IMG/VR virus record: IMGVR_UViG_3300042975_000097
Reading direction: 5' to 3' (one strand)
Length of the DNA: 64,000 nucleotides
DNA from: a virus
Lineage: Duplodnaviria; Heunggongvirae; Uroviricota; Caudoviricetes
A model generated the notes under the pieces. That model was not told the origin of the DNA, made no database searches, and was given only the letters and a program-made list of their open reading frames with translations. Within the stretch, counting starts at the first letter, position 1; every line of letters starts with the position of its first letter. Below are positions 1-9,820 of the stretch, in pieces. Made by a program: the position numbers and the translations under genes.

Positions 1-1724
1 TCCGGGTGTACGAGCAGCCGGCGGCGATCGGCGGCGCTCCCCCGCTCCACTTGCTCGACCTCAGGCCGCATGAGCAGCCGCGAGCCCAGTCTGTCGGCGG
101 TGGCGACCACATCGTTCATACGATGGGAGGCGCGTAGCGTGCTCACCAGCAGGGAACGGTAATCGTCGTCGATCTCGGTGTCGCCGGCGCGCACGATGGT
201 TCCCGTGTCCTCCGCGTGAAGCGAGGCCGAGCGATCGTCAAGCACGCTCACGTCGGTGATGCCCGATGCCAGCGATTGTCGGCTCTCGGTGACCGCGCGC
301 ACGGCGAACCCAGTGGACTCGACGGCGTGCGCAAGCGCGGTGACGACGTCGCGCTTACGGTTCACGCGCACGATGCGCTTCGAGTATGACGTGGGGAACC
401 GGTGGCGATTGTACTCGTCGATGTAACGGTCGTACTCGTCCGGCACCCGCAGCCGTTGGATGGCGGTGATGCCCTGGGTCGCCTGCAGCCCGTTCAGGTC
501 ATGCTCGATGTCAAGGTTATGATCGTTCGAGTATATGTACGTTCCGTTGAGTTCAAGGTAGTGCTTCGTGTCGGTGTTCGTGTAATGGCGTCCATTCGTG
601 GTGCGCAGGAACCGGCCGAGGTTCTGAATCTCGAACACTTTGGACTTCGTGTGGCGGAAGCCGACGAGGATCTGCGCTCGCGGGCAGTTCCACCCCATGG
701 CGATGGCCTGCTTGTAGATGAGGACGCGAACATTGGATGTCGGCGATTCAAGGCTGGCGATCTGCCCGCTCTTGCGCGTGTTCATGTAGACGAACAGTTG
801 GCCGTTCGCCTCGGTGATGCCCTTGGCCGCCCAGTACTTGGTGATGCGGTCGAGCGCGTCCACGCTCGGCTTGCCGTTGCTCAACTGGATGCCGATGAGC
901 GGGATAGCGTCATCACCGGCTTCATGATAATACGCGATGAGTTCGTTCTGCATGGCATACGCCTTGTCGAGCAGGTACGTCTCCGCGTCCTCGTTGCCCA
1001 TGTTCTCCATGGAATCACCAAGCATGCTGACGCCGTGGTTCATGTCGATGAACGAGCGGAGGAGACCGGCGTCGCGCGCCTCCGCGAACGAGATGACCTC
1101 CGAGCAGTGGTATGGTCCGATGTCGTTGTGGATCGGCGTCGCCGTCGCTTCGATGACGATCGGCGCGGCCCCGCCGACCTCAAGGATAAGGCCCTTCACG
1201 TCATTCAGGAAGTCGTTGATCTTGCTGGCGGCGTTGGCCTTGCCGTAATGCGCCTCATCGACCATGATGACCACGTTGACGCCGGATTTCACGGTCTCCC
1301 GCAGCCAGCTGAACAGGTTGCCCTGCTCATTGTCGCGGACGAGCAGGTTCTTGTAGTCGTTCGTCTTCTTATCGCGCATGCAGAACGCCTCCCAGTTCTT
1401 CACTAGGATGGTGCCGGGCGTTCCCGGCGTGCGGAACGTCTCCATGGTCACGTCGTTCACCGTGAACGGCTGGCCGGCGAGGTTATCGGCGATCGCGCGG
1501 CGCGTCTGATCGTCAAGACTGCCATTGCCCGGCGACATGAACAGCACGACGCTATCGGCCAGCGAGTCGCGGATGATGTACGACAACATGAGCGTCTTGC
1601 CGGAACCGGTCGGGGCGATGAGCTCGATGTACGGCGATGTCTTCGGCCGCTGGGCGCGGTACGTGCGAATGTTCGACTCCAGCGTGTCCAAATGGCGACG
1701 CTGGAAAGCCATGAGTTTCTTCAT
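1..1724 (-). CDS. res: Type III restriction enzyme Res subunit (SF2 helicase/endonuclease), 3' end beyond window start
   Basis: Minus-strand translation from ATG at 1724 (RBS AGGAAAG upstream): MKKLMAFQRRHLD...PTGSGKT (Walker A)...VIMVDEAHYG (DEAH box). Directly downstream of mod. The listed + ORF 402-1406 is antisense to it. Confidence 0.75.
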   Translation of the reverse strand, partial: MKKLMAFQRRHLDTLESNIRTYRAQRPKTSPYIELIAPTGSGKTLMLSYIIRDSLADSVVLFMSPGNGSLDDQTRRAIADNLAGQPFTVNDVTMETFRTPGTPGTILVKNWEAFCMRDKKTNDYKNLLVRDNEQGNLFSWLRETVKSGVNVVIMVDEAHYGKANAASKINDFLNDVKGLILEVGGAAPIVIEATATPIHNDIGPYHCSEVISFAEARDAGLLRSFIDMNHGVSMLGDSMENMGNEDAETYLLDKAYAMQNELIAYYHEAGDDAIPLIGIQLSNGKPSVDALDRITKYWAAKGITEANGQLFVYMNTRKSGQIASLESPTSNVRVLIYKQAIAMGWNCPRAQILVGFRHTKSKVFEIQNLGRFLRTTNGRHYTNTDTKHYLELNGTYIYSNDHNLDIEHDLNGLQATQGITAIQRLRVPDEYDRYIDEYNRHRFPTSYSKRIVRVNRKRDVVTALAHAVESTGFAVRAVTESRQSLASGITDVSVLDDRSASLHAEDTGTIVRAGDTEIDDDYRSLLVSTLRASHRMNDVVATADRLGSRLLMRPEVEQVERGSAADRRRLLVHP

Positions 1725-1844
1725 CCTATGACTCTTTCCTCTGGTTTAACGGTTTTCATAGTATCCATGGTACCTTCGATTTCGGCATCGCCCGTTCCGC
1801 GCGGTCGCGGCGGACCCGCGATAACGCATCGTCAACGAACGCAT

Positions 1845-3719
1845 TCACTTCTCGCGGGCCAGCAGTCCCTGACGCTCAAGCCCATTAACAGTGCGCCGCA
1901 CGGTCCTCACGTACGGCAACGGGTACACGGTCCCATCATCATCCGACTCATCAAGACTCGCCAGGTACACGGCACCCTTATCACCGGCCCACTCGCGGAA
2001 CCCGGCGAGCGCGGCCTCGTACTCATCATCCCCGTTCATCACGGCTACGGCATCCGCGTACACGAGCACCCGGTCACCGTGCCCGTTCGTGAGCACCATC
2101 GACCTGCCGTTAGTGACGGCCGCGGCAAGCGCCGGGCCAGCGGCCGCCAGCGATTCGGTGCTCACCACGTCATGTGTTCCATGAGCAAGCGCGATGACCC
2201 CAGCGATATCACTGGGCGCAGTGAACGCGCTGGTGAACACGTCCGCGTCATCGGCCAGCGCCTTGAAACCGACGCGGTAGTACCGCAGGTTCCCCGGCAG
2301 CGGGTCATGCTTCTTCCCATCGGCCCAGTCCTCACCAGTGAGTACACGGCGCATGCGAACCGCCGTCACGCTGCGAGCGATGCCGTTCTCCGCGCCGTCC
2401 TGCTCGTAATTATTCGTCACGAGGATTGCACGGCGATGCCCGCCATCCTCCTTGTTCAGCTCCGCGACCGCCTGTCCCGTGGTGCCGGAACCGGCGAAGA
2501 AGTCAAGGACAAGAGCATCCTTGGAAGGAGAACCTATTCTGATGATATCTTTGACGTACTTGGCCGATTTTGGTGAGGAAAACACCTTGTTTCCAAAGAT
2601 ATCCGAGAATATTCGCCCCCCGGCTGTCGTGCTATATTCCGGTCTTTCCCAGACGCTCTTTGGTTTAATGGTTCGCTGCGAACCACCTGACTCCAACCTC
2701 ATCTTTGTATAAAGCACAATACCCCCATGCTGTCTCTTTGCGACGACCTCTGATGCACTGTTAGCGATGAACGTTTCCTTTCCCCATCGCCAGCGGCCCT
2801 CTTCGCCGTTAATCTTTGGATAGACACTAAGCGCACCGTCGAAAGGCTCGGCCTCTATGCGAGATAGATCTTTCGACACATAGATCGGATAATACATCCT
2901 TGGGCGATCTGTTCGAAGCGAGTTCTTCCCACTCTTTTTCAATCCGACGAGCTTATACCTTGATATACTGTCGTGTTCTTTATACTCTGCAATCTGCTCC
3001 TCTAAGAGGGGGAACTCGGCTAACTGCACCGATTTCTCATCCTTTGCGTATACTATAAGATATTCATGTGAAGTCGCTATATGTTTGTCGTCACTACGAC
3101 CCGACCTATTATTAATCGCCGTGATGTTCGCCACGAAATTGCCCTCCCCGAACACCTCGTCCATGAGCACTCTCAGGTACGCTTGCTCGTGATCATCAAT
3201 GCTCACGAAGATCACGCCATCGTTCGTGAGCAGTTCCCGCGCGAGGACCAGTCGCGGGCGCATGAACGACAGCCACTTACTATGCCGGTACGAGTCCTCC
3301 GGGTCAACGAACCTGTCATTATACACGAAGTCCTGGTTACCCGTGTTGTACGGCGGGTCGATGTAGATCACGTTCACCTTGCCCGCGTGCGTGGCTTGGA
3401 GCATGGTCAGCGCGGTCAGGTTATCGCCCTCGATGAGCACGTGATCATCCTCGATGGCGCCGGTCTTCACCGTGGAGTGCGCGGGGTCCGCGGTGAGCAC
3501 GGGCACCTCCCCGTTCAGTAGTCTCTGCGCGTCGCCGGTCTCGGGAATGGTGTTGTACGCGAGGCCGAGGTGATGACCGATGGCGAGCAGCCGTTCCTGG
3601 TCCTTGATCGTGGCATCCTGCGCGCGTAGCCTCTCGGCCTGCGCGTCGATGATTGCTTGCAAATCGTTGGCGTTGTTGTGGTCATCAGTGTTGTTGCTTA
3701 TCATTCCCGTGTTGGTCAT
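1845..3719 (-). CDS. mod: Type III RM Mod subunit, N6-adenine DNA methyltransferase (beta class)
   Basis: Motif IV VIYIDPPYNTG precedes motif I DFFAGSGTTGQA (beta-class order); 624 aa; immediately followed by res on the same strand. Confidence 0.85.
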   Translation of the reverse strand: MTNTGMISNNTDDHNNANDLQAIIDAQAERLRAQDATIKDQERLLAIGHHLGLAYNTIPETGDAQRLLNGEVPVLTADPAHSTVKTGAIEDDHVLIEGDNLTALTMLQATHAGKVNVIYIDPPYNTGNQDFVYNDRFVDPEDSYRHSKWLSFMRPRLVLARELLTNDGVIFVSIDDHEQAYLRVLMDEVFGEGNFVANITAINNRSGRSDDKHIATSHEYLIVYAKDEKSVQLAEFPLLEEQIAEYKEHDSISRYKLVGLKKSGKNSLRTDRPRMYYPIYVSKDLSRIEAEPFDGALSVYPKINGEEGRWRWGKETFIANSASEVVAKRQHGGIVLYTKMRLESGGSQRTIKPKSVWERPEYSTTAGGRIFSDIFGNKVFSSPKSAKYVKDIIRIGSPSKDALVLDFFAGSGTTGQAVAELNKEDGGHRRAILVTNNYEQDGAENGIARSVTAVRMRRVLTGEDWADGKKHDPLPGNLRYYRVGFKALADDADVFTSAFTAPSDIAGVIALAHGTHDVVSTESLAAAGPALAAAVTNGRSMVLTNGHGDRVLVYADAVAVMNGDDEYEAALAGFREWAGDKGAVYLASLDESDDDGTVYPLPYVRTVRRTVNGLERQGLLAREK

Positions 3720-3884
3720 GCGGGCATTATACCGGTGCGCGCACGAGTGGGATCGCGTACTGATTCTCTTCGCCTATCGACGTCGGTTATGCAGGAGAAT
3801 CGTTCACTATTGAGACCACCCCAAAACCGCGTCATCGCCCTCTACGTGGCTTACAGCTTGCGGCCGCCGCCGATGCCAGCGCGG

Positions 3885-4244
3885 TCAGACTCCCGAGTAG
3901 GAATCATGCTCATCATCCATGAGCGAGCGTTGGCGCTCGTACTCCTTGTCGGCGGCGACGGCATCGGCGCCATCGTAGAACGTGATGCGACCCCACTCGC
4001 CGGGGACAGGCGGTGCGGCGAAATCGGGGTTGCCGTCCATGTCGTCGATGCGGACCACACGGTAGGATTCGCCGGCATCGCCGCCGTTCGTCTCCGGGGC
4101 CGGCACGGTGACGTGGAGAAGGGCGAGCGTCTCCACCACCGGTTCATCATCGCTGAAGTCCACTGCATGTTGTTTCAACAGTTCCATCGATTGCCGCCTT
4201 ACCGCGCAGTCCGCGCTTTCCGCATTCATTACATGATCAAGCAT
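3885..4244 (-). CDS. hypothetical acidic protein
   Basis: 119-aa ORF, protein-like composition, no recognisable motif. Confidence 0.35.
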   Translation of the reverse strand: MLDHVMNAESADCAVRRQSMELLKQHAVDFSDDEPVVETLALLHVTVPAPETNGGDAGESYRVVRIDDMDGNPDFAAPPVPGEWGRITFYDGADAVAADKEYERQRSLMDDEHDSYSGV

Positions 4245-4461
4245 AGCGCGTCGCGTGGAATGACACGCCGTGCCGCGCTGGCCCCGTTATTGCTCATCAA
4301 GGTTCCGCATGTCACAGGGATTCGCAGTCGGCGCCGGTGACCGATCCCGGACGCCGTGATACCATGGAAGTCATGAGATTAGACGTATTGAAACTGCGAG
4401 AGTCGATAACGGCCGGAGACCTGCGCTACATCACGGTCATGCGTGTCGAACGGCCGCGAGC

Positions 4462-5286
4462 ATGACGGCGAGAACCGATTCCGTCGATGCCACGGGGTGG
4501 GAATACGAGACCGTGCCGACTGATGATGGAATCATCCACATCGTCAGCGGCGGGCTCGCGCGCGACCAGGGTGACGTCACATTAATCGCCCGCAGGCTAG
4601 AGGCGGCAGGCAACGGCGACTGGTTAATCTCTCCGGATGGAACCATCCTCGCGCACAGGCTGGGAGCGGCTGGACTCTCCGGCGCCAGATGGAGGTGCTC
4701 GATCATAAGGCCGCGGGGCGGCGGTTTGACGTTCCGTTACGTCTGCGGTTCCGGCCCCGGAATTCTGCCGCCATGCTCTATCGTTGCGAATGGTTGCGCC
4801 GGTACGGGGGAGCCGGAGAAAGGCTTCTACCGCACTCTCCCCATCATCAGGCATGGCATGAGGATAGGCGAGATCATCGTCGATGACAACGGCGACGGGT
4901 TCACGGTAGCCGGCGCCGCGATGACGTTCGGAGAACGGCTCGACCGCGCGGTCAGGCATTGGAGCCACATCGTCACGCGCCGCCCGTGGACGTTCGCGGA
5001 TCGCATCATCATCAAGCGGAGCGTGGCCGACCCGATTCCAGTAGGCCACACTCCGGTGGTCACGGCGTCGACGGCGCTCGTTCTCGTTCGTGCGGACCTG
5101 TACGCGCTGCGATTCAACGAGCGCCGATACATGGACATCGACGGGAACGCCCGCATCGACGTCGTGAACGAGATCGCGCGGACGTTCCCGGATGCGACCG
5201 CCGCGATGGTGAACGGCGCGATCGCGGATCTTGATCCGGCTGCTGCGAGCGCGATGCTTGCGCGGATTCAGGAGTTGGAACGATAA
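4462..5286 (+). CDS. hypothetical protein
   Basis: 274-aa ORF. The middle section is R/G-rich, so an internal frameshift is possible. Confidence 0.35.
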   Translation: MTARTDSVDATGWEYETVPTDDGIIHIVSGGLARDQGDVTLIARRLEAAGNGDWLISPDGTILAHRLGAAGLSGARWRCSIIRPRGGGLTFRYVCGSGPGILPPCSIVANGCAGTGEPEKGFYRTLPIIRHGMRIGEIIVDDNGDGFTVAGAAMTFGERLDRAVRHWSHIVTRRPWTFADRIIIKRSVADPIPVGHTPVVTASTALVLVRADLYALRFNERRYMDIDGNARIDVVNEIARTFPDATAAMVNGAIADLDPAAASAMLARIQELER

Positions 5287-5337
5287 CCTCGGCTGCGACG
5301 CTGGTGCTATCCTCGGACTTGTGGTACGATTATCGGT

Positions 5338-6105
5338 ATGGGACTTGATCAGAGTTATCTTGGCGAAGAGTACAGCGCGAACTTCGTACTACAGTCCGTG
5401 GTGCGTCACGTGACGGGCAACGACAAGGCCGGCTACCCCTGCTCGGTGCCGGTCACCGTCGGGCAGGCGCGTCGCGCGGACGCCATCATCCGCTCCATCG
5501 CCGCCGGCACGCGGGCGGGCGACGATGACGCCGAATCGCTCGCCGAGCATATCAGACATGGGTTTTCGACCGGCGACTATCATCACTACGATGCGGAGAA
5601 CGCGCTCGCCTTGACATGGCATGTCGTTGATGACGCCGTGCGGTCCGCGTTCGACGCCGCGTGGTCCACGGCCGCAGACCACGCCATCGCCGCGGCATTC
5701 CCCGAATCCGATGGGCTGACTCTAGACGGGGTGTTCTACGCCACGGCCCACACGCGCATGCTTACGCTGGACGAGCGCACGCTGGTCGATGACGCTCGCG
5801 CGCACGGGCTCTGCAGGCTGGCGTTCGCCAGCGTGTTCACCGCGGAACTCGCTTGCAACGGGATCACGGCGACGGACTCGGAGGTGGAGTCATACTACTG
5901 GCTGGCACGATTGCGGCTCGCCGGCTACGATTACCCGCAGGAGGGCGAGTGGCCGTTCGCGGACGATGCCGACCCGCGCTGCCCGCTGGCGGCGAAGGCG
6001 CGCGCACGGGTTCGCGGCATCATCACCGCGCATCATGATGACGGGTGGGACATCCTTCGACTGCGCGATCATGATCATCATGTCCTACAGTACTCGGAGT
6101 ACTGA
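5338..6105 (+). CDS. hypothetical protein
   Basis: 255-aa ORF with protein-like composition. Confidence 0.45.
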   Translation: MGLDQSYLGEEYSANFVLQSVVRHVTGNDKAGYPCSVPVTVGQARRADAIIRSIAAGTRAGDDDAESLAEHIRHGFSTGDYHHYDAENALALTWHVVDDAVRSAFDAAWSTAADHAIAAAFPESDGLTLDGVFYATAHTRMLTLDERTLVDDARAHGLCRLAFASVFTAELACNGITATDSEVESYYWLARLRLAGYDYPQEGEWPFADDADPRCPLAAKARARVRGIITAHHDDGWDILRLRDHDHHVLQYSEY

Positions 6106-6211
6106 TGGCGACGGGCGCACATGGCAATGGTACCGCGCTCTCGATGGCGTATACGAAGAGCCGGTCCGATCGCTGACCGTCCGCTTACGAGGTTAGATTC
6201 TCCGTGGTTGA

Positions 6212-6535
6212 CGATGTTCGTGTGATCAGGGCATTCGTCGGCGCGCCCGCAAGGATCGAAAACGACGCGCCGACATCGTAGCCGCCGCCCGACGTGACAT
6301 CGCCAAGGCCGAGGCCCAGCATGACATCCCGGACGAGCGCGTCGCCGCCGAGCGGTTGCGACGGTACAACGACCTGTACAACGAGGGCGGCGACGGCTGG
6401 CTCCCCAGCATCATCACCCGCGAACGGTATGAGGAGGCGCGTCGCATCGTGGCGCGTGACCGCTACGAGAAGAAGAACGGGCTCATCGAAACGGACGCCG
6501 ACGCTGACGCCGATGGCGACTCGCCGGCTGCGTAA
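6212..6535 (+). pseudogene. start-less coding remnant (frame 2), protein-like translation DIAKAEAQHDIPDERVAAERLRRYNDLYNEGGDGWLPSIITRERYEEARRIVARDRYEKKNGLIETDADADADGDSPAA*
   Basis: ~107 codons open from the TGA at 6209-6211 to the TAA at 6533-6535, with no ATG/GTG start. Lies between gene 5338-6105 and the IS right end. Confidence 0.25.
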
Positions 6536-6676
6536 TCATGTGAAGTCGTAATCGTAATCGTCCCCGTCCGGGCGTGTCGCCGGCGGGGCCGTACTATGCT
6601 CATGGGTATCAAGACAACAAGTCAGGGAGCGGATGCCATGTCAATGATCGGTAAGTTGGATGCGACGATGTACGCC

Positions 6677-6830
6677 TTGACACTCCCGGGGTTGAAACCC
6701 CGGGATTCCTGCGAACTGGGTTTGCTTGGCTTCCGGTCTTTGTGAGGCCGGCATGCCAGCGGCTCCCCATCTTGAGCAGGCTATCCCCGATTGTCGGTCG
6801 GTTCCAGCTCCCCTTTTACTGTCAGGGGGT
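6677..6830 (-). ncRNA. predicted omega RNA (reRNA) of TnpB, overlapping the tnpB 3' end and the right end
   Basis: Placed from established TnpB biology (ωRNA derives from the 3' end of tnpB plus the right end). Contains the right-end hairpin. Exact 5' end not determinable here. Confidence 0.35.
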
Positions 6831-8006
6831 TTCCGCATGCAGGCGGAGCGCTTCGCCGAGGATGTTGCGTGCAGCGTTCACGTCACGGTCGTGGAGGGTA
6901 CCGCATCGTGGGCATGTCCACTCCCGGTCTTCCAGTTTCAGGCCGGTGTTCTTCCACCCGCATTCATGGCAGAGTTTGCTGGACGGGTAGAAACGGTCGA
7001 CCTGCTGGAAAACGCGACCGTACCATTCGGCCTTGTAGGCGAGCTTGTCCACGAATCCACTCCACGCGGCGCGACGGATATTGCGGTTCATGACTCGTTT
7101 GCGTGACTGCCCGCTCCTCTCATACCTGCCGTCCGCGTTCAGGCGTTTGCGTGCCTTGCGTGTCATGTTCGCCACCATGAGGGTTTCCATGCCGATGAAT
7201 TGGTTCTCTTCGATCAGCCGATGGGTCACCTGATGCTGGTAGTTGTCACGCCAGTCGCGGAGCTTCCTGTGGGCGGCTTGAAGCCGGGCTTTCTGCTTGT
7301 AATAGTTGTTGGATTGCCTGCCTGTTCCTCTCTTCCTGCGGGAGAGCTTGCGCTGCTCGCGGATAATGGCCCGTTCGAGTTGCCTCATACGCTGCGGGTA
7401 GTCGATCTTCTCGCCTGTGGATAGGATGAGGAAGTCTTTAACGCCGAGGTCGATGCCGACCTGTCCGCGTACTTGGGGTTTGGGTTGGATGTCCACGTCG
7501 AACAGGAACACGATATAGTATCTGCCGCCCTCGCGTTTGACCGTCCAACTGGATAGTTGGTCGAGCGGGTAGCGGGGTTTGCGGCGTTTGCGGATGCGGA
7601 TGGAGCCGAGTTTCTTGGACAGCGGGTACCGGCTGCCGTCCATGTGCCGGATGGGCATCGTGTTGCGGAACGATTGCACGTTGCCATGCCGGGTGGCGAA
7701 TCGTGGCCGGTTCTTCCCGTACTGTTTCTTGCGGAAGTATGCGGTTTGGGCTTTCCGGTAGTCCATGATCGCGTTGCTCAGCGAATTCGACGGGATGGGG
7801 CTGTCTTTCAACCATCCGTAACGGGTTTTCATGTCCGTCACGTTTGGGCATGTGGGACGTGGGTTCGTGTCCTTGTCGTAGGCGTTGAACGCCTCGACCT
7901 GCTGGTTGTAGACGAATCTCTTGTCCCCGAAGCATTGCTCCAATAGTGCGGCCTGTGTCTTGGACGGGGCGAACGGTATGCGTTGCGCGAACTTGCGTCT
8001 GGTCAT
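6822..8006 (-). CDS. tnpB: TnpB (OrfB) RNA-guided endonuclease, IS605 family
   Basis: 394 aa. RuvC-like motifs (GIDLGVKDF). C-terminal zinc finger CHECGWKN...CPRCGTLHDRDVNAARNI. Confidence 0.9.
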   Translation of the reverse strand: MTRRKFAQRIPFAPSKTQAALLEQCFGDKRFVYNQQVEAFNAYDKDTNPRPTCPNVTDMKTRYGWLKDSPIPSNSLSNAIMDYRKAQTAYFRKKQYGKNRPRFATRHGNVQSFRNTMPIRHMDGSRYPLSKKLGSIRIRKRRKPRYPLDQLSSWTVKREGGRYYIVFLFDVDIQPKPQVRGQVGIDLGVKDFLILSTGEKIDYPQRMRQLERAIIREQRKLSRRKRGTGRQSNNYYKQKARLQAAHRKLRDWRDNYQHQVTHRLIEENQFIGMETLMVANMTRKARKRLNADGRYERSGQSRKRVMNRNIRRAAWSGFVDKLAYKAEWYGRVFQQVDRFYPSSKLCHECGWKNTGLKLEDREWTCPRCGTLHDRDVNAARNILGEALRLHAETP

Positions 8007-8446
8007 TCCGCGTCACGCCCCTTGGCCCGCTGGTCGTCGATGCATTTGGCAACGGCCTGCTCGTTCACGCTGCCGATGCTTTCCGCGAAGTAGCTGGGCG
8101 GCCATAGGCTTCGCTCCCCGCGCCGTTTCCAGTATTCGCTTTTAAGTTCGGGACGCATGGCGCACAGACGGAGACTACTGGTGCCTTTCAACTGTTTGAC
8201 GATGCTGCTGACGCTGATCTTGAGTGGTGCGGATACGAACAGGTGGATGTGGTCGTCCAATCCGATTTCGACATGGGGGATGCGGTAACCGTGCTCCTTG
8301 GCTATCGCATGGAGGATGGTTTTCAGATCGTCGCCCACACTGTCGGCGAGGACCTTGCGACGGTATTTTGTACACCAGATGATGTGGTAGTTCAGGTTAT
8401 ACACTGAAGTTCTACCATGCGTGTACCGTTCGCCACTTGATTTCAT
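8003..8446 (-). CDS. tnpA: TnpA Y1 HUH transposase, IS200 family
   Basis: 147 aa. HUH motif DHIHLFVS. Overlaps the tnpB start by 4 nt. Confidence 0.85.
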   Translation of the reverse strand: MKSSGERYTHGRTSVYNLNYHIIWCTKYRRKVLADSVGDDLKTILHAIAKEHGYRIPHVEIGLDDHIHLFVSAPLKISVSSIVKQLKGTSSLRLCAMRPELKSEYWKRRGERSLWPPSYFAESIGSVNEQAVAKCIDDQRAKGRDAE

Positions 8447-8630
8447 AGGATTATTATACCATATGTAGTGGATGAGGGCGTTCTAACCCGGCATTAAAAT
8501 ACCGGGTTAGCGAACGCAAATTCCCATCAACCACGCGGAGGAGACCGGTAGGAACATCCATCGGGCGGCCGGGTGGCTGAGCAAGCATTCGGGGTCGATC
8601 AGCCATGGTCTCGACACGGCCCGCGAATCG

Positions 8631-8921
8631 GTGAAATCGCATGCGCCGGCGGCCACGCCATCGGCGTCGCCGAGCGCCGCCGCCGCCCATGACGCCGTGC
8701 GCTCACAGGTGGAATCATCGGCGGCCGGCACCGCGGCCGCGCCGGCGTCACCGGTTCATGCTGCCGCCGTCCACGCCGTGGCCGACAACCCCGGCGTCAT
8801 CGACTGGTTCACGGCCGCGCCCGTTGGCGTGAAGGCCATCGTGGTCATCGCCGCCGTCATCGTCATCGCCACGGCTGTTTCTCTCGTCCGCCGTCTCATT
8901 CGCTCGCGCCGCGCACGGTAG
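8631..8921 (+). CDS. small Ala/Pro-rich protein with C-terminal TM helix
   Basis: 96-aa ORF with GTG start and C-terminal hydrophobic segment AIVVIAAVIVIATAV. Confidence 0.3.
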   Translation: MKSHAPAATPSASPSAAAAHDAVRSQVESSAAGTAAAPASPVHAAAVHAVADNPGVIDWFTAAPVGVKAIVVIAAVIVIATAVSLVRRLIRSRRAR

Positions 8922-9136
8922 GAACGCTCCCGGCGACGTTCCCACCCCACATCGCCATCGAGCGCGCCGAGGATCGCGAGCATCGCCACGGAACGGTGAA
9001 TACGGGCGGCATATCATGTTCCTGCCAACGGGCGTGGGCGGCGCCTGCAAGCGACGCTGAGCATTCGCGTGTGGTGTCCCAAGTGGTATCATGGAGGTCG
9101 TATCATTGAACAGGCACAAGTGAGGAGCCATGCGAC

Positions 9137-9820
9137 ATGGGAACCACGGTCGAATCGGTGCTGACCACGGCGCACGGGTCATGGCACGTGCCAGCCGGGC
9201 TGGGCGTCGACACGCATGATGGCGTGCTCGAGTTCTGGTCGCGGGCGGACGGTGACGATGATTACCGCATCCACTACCGCGTGGCCGAGTCCGACGTGCT
9301 CATGCTGGCCCCCGTGGGCTCGCTGCTGACCGTCACCGCCGACCGCGCGCACGCGAACGATGACGGCGGCGTTGGCGATGCCGCGCAACGGCTCGCCGAC
9401 GTCAACGGGATGATGGCGAGCGCGCGCGTCGGCATCGACGCCATCGCATCGGCGGCGGCCGCCGCGTTCCCCGACGGAACGCTCGCGAGCGGCATGGTCC
9501 GGCGGCTACGGGCGACGGCGGACGCCATCGACGCCCGTACCACGGTCACGGCCCGTCTCATCGACGTGGATTCCACGAGCGGGTTCGCCGTCGACGGGTT
9601 GAACTCCCTTGAGGCCGACGCCGCGCGGCTCACCGGCATCATCACGTCGACCCTCAAGGCTCTTGAGGGCTTGAAACCGGTCGACATGACCGCCATCACC
9701 GGGGACGCCGCCGATATCGTTAGCACGGCGGCGCTCAAGGCCGATAGGACGACCACGCCGCCAATGGAACGGTCGGCGAACGCCGCCGACCATGAACCGA
9801 GGGGAGCGACCACCATATGA
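9137..9820 (+). CDS. hypothetical protein
   Basis: RBS GAGGAG 7 nt upstream; 227 aa. Stop overlaps the next start (ATGA). Confidence 0.5.
   Translation: MGTTVESVLTTAHGSWHVPAGLGVDTHDGVLEFWSRADGDDDYRIHYRVAESDVLMLAPVGSLLTVTADRAHANDDGGVGDAAQRLADVNGMMASARVGIDAIASAAAAAFPDGTLASGMVRRLRATADAIDARTTVTARLIDVDSTSGFAVDGLNSLEADAARLTGIITSTLKALEGLKPVDMTAITGDAADIVSTAALKADRTTTPPMERSANAADHEPRGATTI

Larger units (their letters stand above)
6677..8525 (-). mobile_element. IS200/IS605-family insertion sequence (tnpA + tnpB)
   Basis: tnpA and tnpB on the minus strand. Left-end hairpin CTAACCCGG-cattaaaata-CCGGGTTAG at 8488-8516. Right-end hairpin TCCCGGGG-ttgaaa-CCCCGGGA at 6684-6705. Right end finishes ...GTCAA (plus 6677-6681). 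Plus-strand ATCAA at 8526-8530 means insertion 3' of TTGAT on the element strand. Confidence 0.75.

Noticed and set aside
402-1406. 334-aa plus-strand ORF
   Set aside because: Antisense to the clearly conserved Res helicase frame (PTGSGKT, DEAH). Typical GC-rich shadow ORF.
3081-4340. Plus-strand ORFs 3081-3521, 3580-3813, 3657-4340
   Set aside because: Antisense to mod or overlapping intergenic DNA. R/V/H-rich, no motifs.
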